A DNA stretch of 64,000 nt from Takakia lepidozioides. Lineage: Eukaryota > Plantae > Bryophyta. The number at the start of each line of letters is the position of its first letter. The stretch's first letter is position 1. Shown here in pieces: positions 59,725-64,000 of this stretch. The notes under the pieces were generated by a model. The model did no database searches and was not told where the DNA came from. It was given only the letters and a program-made list of their open reading frames with translations. Where the stretch lies: the NCBI GenBank assembly GCA_030704615.1, contig CM060732.1, positions 82,832,001-82,896,000 of the forward strand, in the 5' to 3' direction. The position numbers and the translations under genes are program-made.

Positions 59725-62700
59725 ATGCCCCTGCGCTTGCTGCTGCTCTGCCTCGCATGGCTTCTGCTCCTGCCTCTCGCAGATTCTTCAAACGCCGACG
59801 GTACTCTCTCCTTGATATGATCTTATAAGCACTTCTTAAAGTCAAACTTTGTTCAAAAAAAGATCTTTCACGAAAGATTCTTTGTTTATTTTCTGTAGTT
59901 CTCTCTCACTCGCACACATGCAGGCAATTCTGTGTTTTTTAATTCTGCTATGTCTCATGTTTGCACTCCTATGTGCAAGCCAAGGCTCCGTGTCTCTTGA
60001 TCTTTTCCTTTCCTCTCCTCTCCTTTAGCCACAAGCTGACAATTCTAGGCGTCTCCAGCGCACAAATTCCTGGAAAGTATTGATGGAGGAACTGAGTGAG
60101 CTGCCGAACGTTTGTCAAGTCGCTGGGAAATTTGAATGGCGGCAATGCAATTTGGGAATTTATCTATCGAGTGAGAGTTGTCTTGCGGGAATTGTCTCCA
60201 CCACCATTCCATATGATAACGCACTTAGATTCTGTGTTCTGAGGGTAGAGTCTTCTACCAGTACTGACGGGGGCTCATCTTCTGGACTTTACACAAAAAG
60301 GACATTCCAACTGCTTTACGAAGCTCCAGAGCCTAAACAGAAATAAGTTGCTCGAGTTGTCCCCAAATTACACTGCTTTCTCATTGTAATCTGACCTTAA
60401 TAACTTTCTCCAAAGCAAGGACGATTCCGACCATCGGTAAACGCCATGACATGTGAGTCAATCATTGAGTCGTCGCCCTGTAATTTGCTGTCCCATGGGT
60501 AATAGTAGTTATTTTCCTTGGAGCTGCCTTTAGGTAGGTGGGAAAGTGCAGGTAGCTTCACATAAATCTCATGTGCACATGTTTCAGTCCCGAACTGTCG
60601 TCAAAGTGATTCACATGGTCTTCACAGTTCCAGCTGCTGCTAACCAGTTGGTAATCTGCACATCCACTCAGCCTGGTTTATGTGAAGCCGTTGATGTTGT
60701 TACATGCTTCTGTGCAGCAATCTCCTTTAAGGGCCAAGGGGATAGATGGTGATGTATTGGAAAGACCCCTCAAAATTCCAGCATGAAAGAACATTAACTA
60801 GTTTAGTCCCTTTCCTGGAGCACTTACCTCTCCATGACCTGAGAGTTGTATCTGGTGGTCTTCACTCAAGTTTTCCGGATGGCATGCAAAGGGGATTTCT
60901 TTGGGAAACTCTATTTGCATGTAGTCAGTGGTGACTGGGAATTTTTCTCTCCCCAAATGAAGGTCCATTTCTCAGCTGCTGGCAAATCTGGCACACGTTT
61001 TGCACACTAAGGAAGCTTGAGGAAGCTAGACGGTGATCTTGCTGAATGGAGCTAGTCTGCTGAGCACAAGAATAACCATGTGGGATTCCAATGTGTGCAG
61101 GAGAAGCTTTAAACCAGGTGAGGCAGAGCCTGACTGACTACAATCAAACCTTGAAAAGCTGGGACGACACTTTGGTGACCCCTTGCACCTGGCTCTTTGT
61201 CCAATGTGATGCTAGCCAAACCCATGTCATCCGTGTGTAAGTTCCCTCCCCACTTCCCCTTTGCTCAAATCAAAACAGAATTTCAAACCTGGCTAATTGC
61301 TTCCAGTCCATCACAACGAGTGCAGGCCATGATTGCAAGAACTTTTTGAGTGCGATGACACAAGAATAAGCCTCAGCATGCAAGAACTGAGCCATATCTT
61401 TTGTGTTCTTACAGAATTGAGCCAACACTGTACTTTTTGACAATATCTCATGACAAACCAGGATGCTGATGAGGTGCATGATGTTTGGTGCAGGGACTTG
61501 GGCAATCAAGGGCTGTCAGGATCACTTGCCACAGAAATTGGCAGTTTACCTTATTTGCAAAACCTGTATGGCTTGACTACACCCAATAAAGAGGAATGTT
61601 CAGTTGACCAGTGGACCACTGTCCAATCTGTCTGCAGTTTAGGTGGTGTTGATAGGGTAATCCCATTTAGATGCTAACAAAAGAAGCGCCGGGGTTCCTC
61701 ATTGGAAGCAATACAGTGGGCCTTGCAAATATCTTGGTCCAGTATGCTTCAGTTGTGTGGCGCGGTTCTATCTTCCTCTACGTTCCTGCAGATAGTATGT
61801 CATTGAAGACTGCTTGTGCAGGAAAATGGAAAATAACAATTTATCAGGCCCGCTCCCAGATACGCTTGGTCAGTTGCAGCAGCTTTCAAGCCTTGACCTT
61901 TCTCAAAATCAGTTCAAAGGAGAGATTCCTAGTTCCTTTGGGAACCTCTCAAGTCTAAAATTCCTGTAAGCCCCTGTCCTTTGTGCAAGTCGTTGCGTTA
62001 CTAGATTGTGGAGTATTGGAAGAGAGAGAAAGAAATAAAGAAGCCTACGTTTTAACCCCACAGAAAGAGAGAAAGTTCATTTGCTTCCCTTGTTAGATGA
62101 CTACTGTTGCTTTTGCTTGACACGTAGGAATATGTGTAGGCACATAATATTGTGCACTCTGCTACTCCGAAGTTGATGCTGCAGTCCCCTCTTAAAGAGA
62201 GGGAGAAGGTTCACGTACTTTCACTGAGCAAGTATGATTACCATATTTGTAGTTTCTGTATCTGTGTATGGTTCTCAGACCTTGAAGCCAGCAATGATGT
62301 ATGTTTAGCAGAGACGAGAGAACCAGAGTACCAGACTAGAAGGAAGCTGCAACAGGTCAGCTTCGCAATATCACACATCATTGTCAGTGACACTGTTGAT
62401 TTTTCACTACATGATTTTTTCTATTCTCTAATTCGCTAAGGTGGCATTGATTCATGAAGAGCGAATGGTTGGGTGGCAGGAGGCTAAATAACAACAGTTT
62501 GTATGGAAAGCTGCCACTGTCGCTCACCAACATTTCTGCTCTCCAGGTCTTGTAAGATTCTTACCTGGCATGCTGATTCCTGAAGGTGGTTCTGTTGGTT
62601 TTTATTCAACATTTAGAAAATGGAATTAAGATCAGCCTCATACAGCATGAAAACATACTCACTTACTTAGGTCTATCTGAGGCTATCTTTGCCGATTGCT

Positions 62701-63644
62701 TGGACTCACGACAAGGGGAAAGGGAGTACATGTTTGGCTTGAACCATCAGGTAGTGGTTGTCATGAGTCATATAAGGAGATTGGATTTGCATCATAATTG
62801 TTGATGTGGCAATCTATTGGTGCAGGGATGTATCTTTCAACAATCTGAGTGGCCCTATTCCTTCTATTGCTGCCAAGATTATGTGAGCTCTAACTGGTTC
62901 TTGTGAATTCTTAGAGGTCTCTCTCATCCTGTGGGAGAGGGATATTTGGGTTCCCTTACATTTCGAGTGCTGGGTTGTCATTTAGTCATTTCCTCCAGAA
63001 GCCATCTATCAGCTGGTTGTCAGTCAGGCAGGGACCTTGTAGACACAATTGTGTCCACCTATTATGACAAGTCAGTTATGAAGGTGAATGGCAGGGATTA
63101 GCTGAGAGACTCTTATGTAAGAACAGAGGGAGTATTCCTCTTGATTATCACAGGTGCTGTTTAGTTCAGAACCTCACGTAATGCATTGTATTTCAGTTGG
63201 CATGCATTCTATCAACAGCTGTATTGTTTTGCAAAACTGCAAAATGTAATCATCTCCTAATGGGTGCAGTATAGGACATCTCTTGGTTTGTATACCCATC
63301 TGAAATGGCTGGCAAGGCTATTTGCATGGATGTTTTCACTTGCTCAGCTTATCTCGCTTTCCTTATCACAGGGCAAAAGCTTGGGGATTTCTGTATGTTC
63401 CACTTTTCATTCGATATTAGTAATCGCAGTTTTGCAACAAAATCTACCTTTAGACTTTGCCTATTGTTAACCCATGTTTACATCAAGCAGTTGAGTGTAA
63501 CCTGAAAGTGATGATCTATCCATTCAACAACCTGATAGGGAACTTCTTACAGGGCAGATGGAAACCCACTACTTTGTGGAAATGTGATAGGACACCCATG
63601 TCCTGGGGACCCTCCCCTTGCCTCTCCTTCTCCTTCCCAAAAAG
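59725..63644 (+). CDS. SERK-like LRR-RLK II paralog, 5' part (exons 1-7; gene presumably continues beyond the window)
   Basis: Exons 59725-59800, 61101-61236, 61494-61565, 61822-61965, 62480-62551, 62826-62882 and 63553-63644 share intron phases with SERK. Peptides: signal MPLRLLLLCLAWLLLLPLADSSNADGEAL, SWDDTLVTPCTWLFVQC, DLGNQGLSGSL, RLNNNSLYGKLP and GNPLLCGNVIGHPCPGDPPLASPSPS. Confidence 0.9.
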
Positions 63645-64000
63645 GTACAGAGCTCTGGCATAGCTTTTCTTCTTGTTTGATCTAGCTTAGATGATAGAGC
63701 CCACGCTCCAGAATGGAGCACATAAGGTCTGCACTCTGTCCAGGGTGACCTCGTGATGTCTTATACTGCAAGGGGCCAAGGTAGGTAGAAATGTGACGCT
63801 CTTCCTGAATACAGAATGTGCACAGACCATGTCAAAACCTGCATTATTGCTTTGGAATGGATCACATATTGTGGTTTGGATGAGTTTGGCTGAAACAACT
63901 TGCTTTAATGCAAGGACCAAGGTTCCTCACACCAACAAAGATGCATCTTAAGATATCTGGGTGTTTCTGCATTACGGTTCTACATGTTGAACAGATGAGA

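Overview
Eukaryotic nuclear DNA from a land plant, most likely a non-seed plant. A moss-like origin is inferred from recalled 18S/ITS1 signatures and a half-tRNA-primed Copia element, and is not verified. Six spliced or single-exon protein genes are supported: an SBT2-type subtilase (10 exons, ~830 aa), an EMB1270/At3g18110-like PPR protein with an SMR-like C-terminus (6 exons, ~1455 aa), a SERK co-receptor kinase (13 exons, 629 aa), a BTL-type zinc-ribbon/RING-H2 E3 ligase, a GH28 polygalacturonase (8 exons, ~445 aa) and the 5' part of a second, diverged SERK-like LRR-II gene that runs off the window end. Intergenic DNA is rich in mobile-element debris: a truncated Ty1/Copia with 5' LTR and half-tRNA PBS, a hAT MITE with a perfect 8-bp TSD, a foldback element with a nested 78-bp hairpin, tRNA-derived SINE-like heads and a 97-bp tandem array. 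The most unusual structures are in the first 6 kb. One is a Gag-like ORF whose 3' 716 bp is tandemly duplicated around a co-oriented 253-bp piece of 18S rRNA 3' end plus ITS1. The other is a 2.2-kb modular repeat built from CACTTGG-anchored units that follow fixed ordering rules. I found no clear evidence of a wholly new functional system; these are the best candidates for follow-up.
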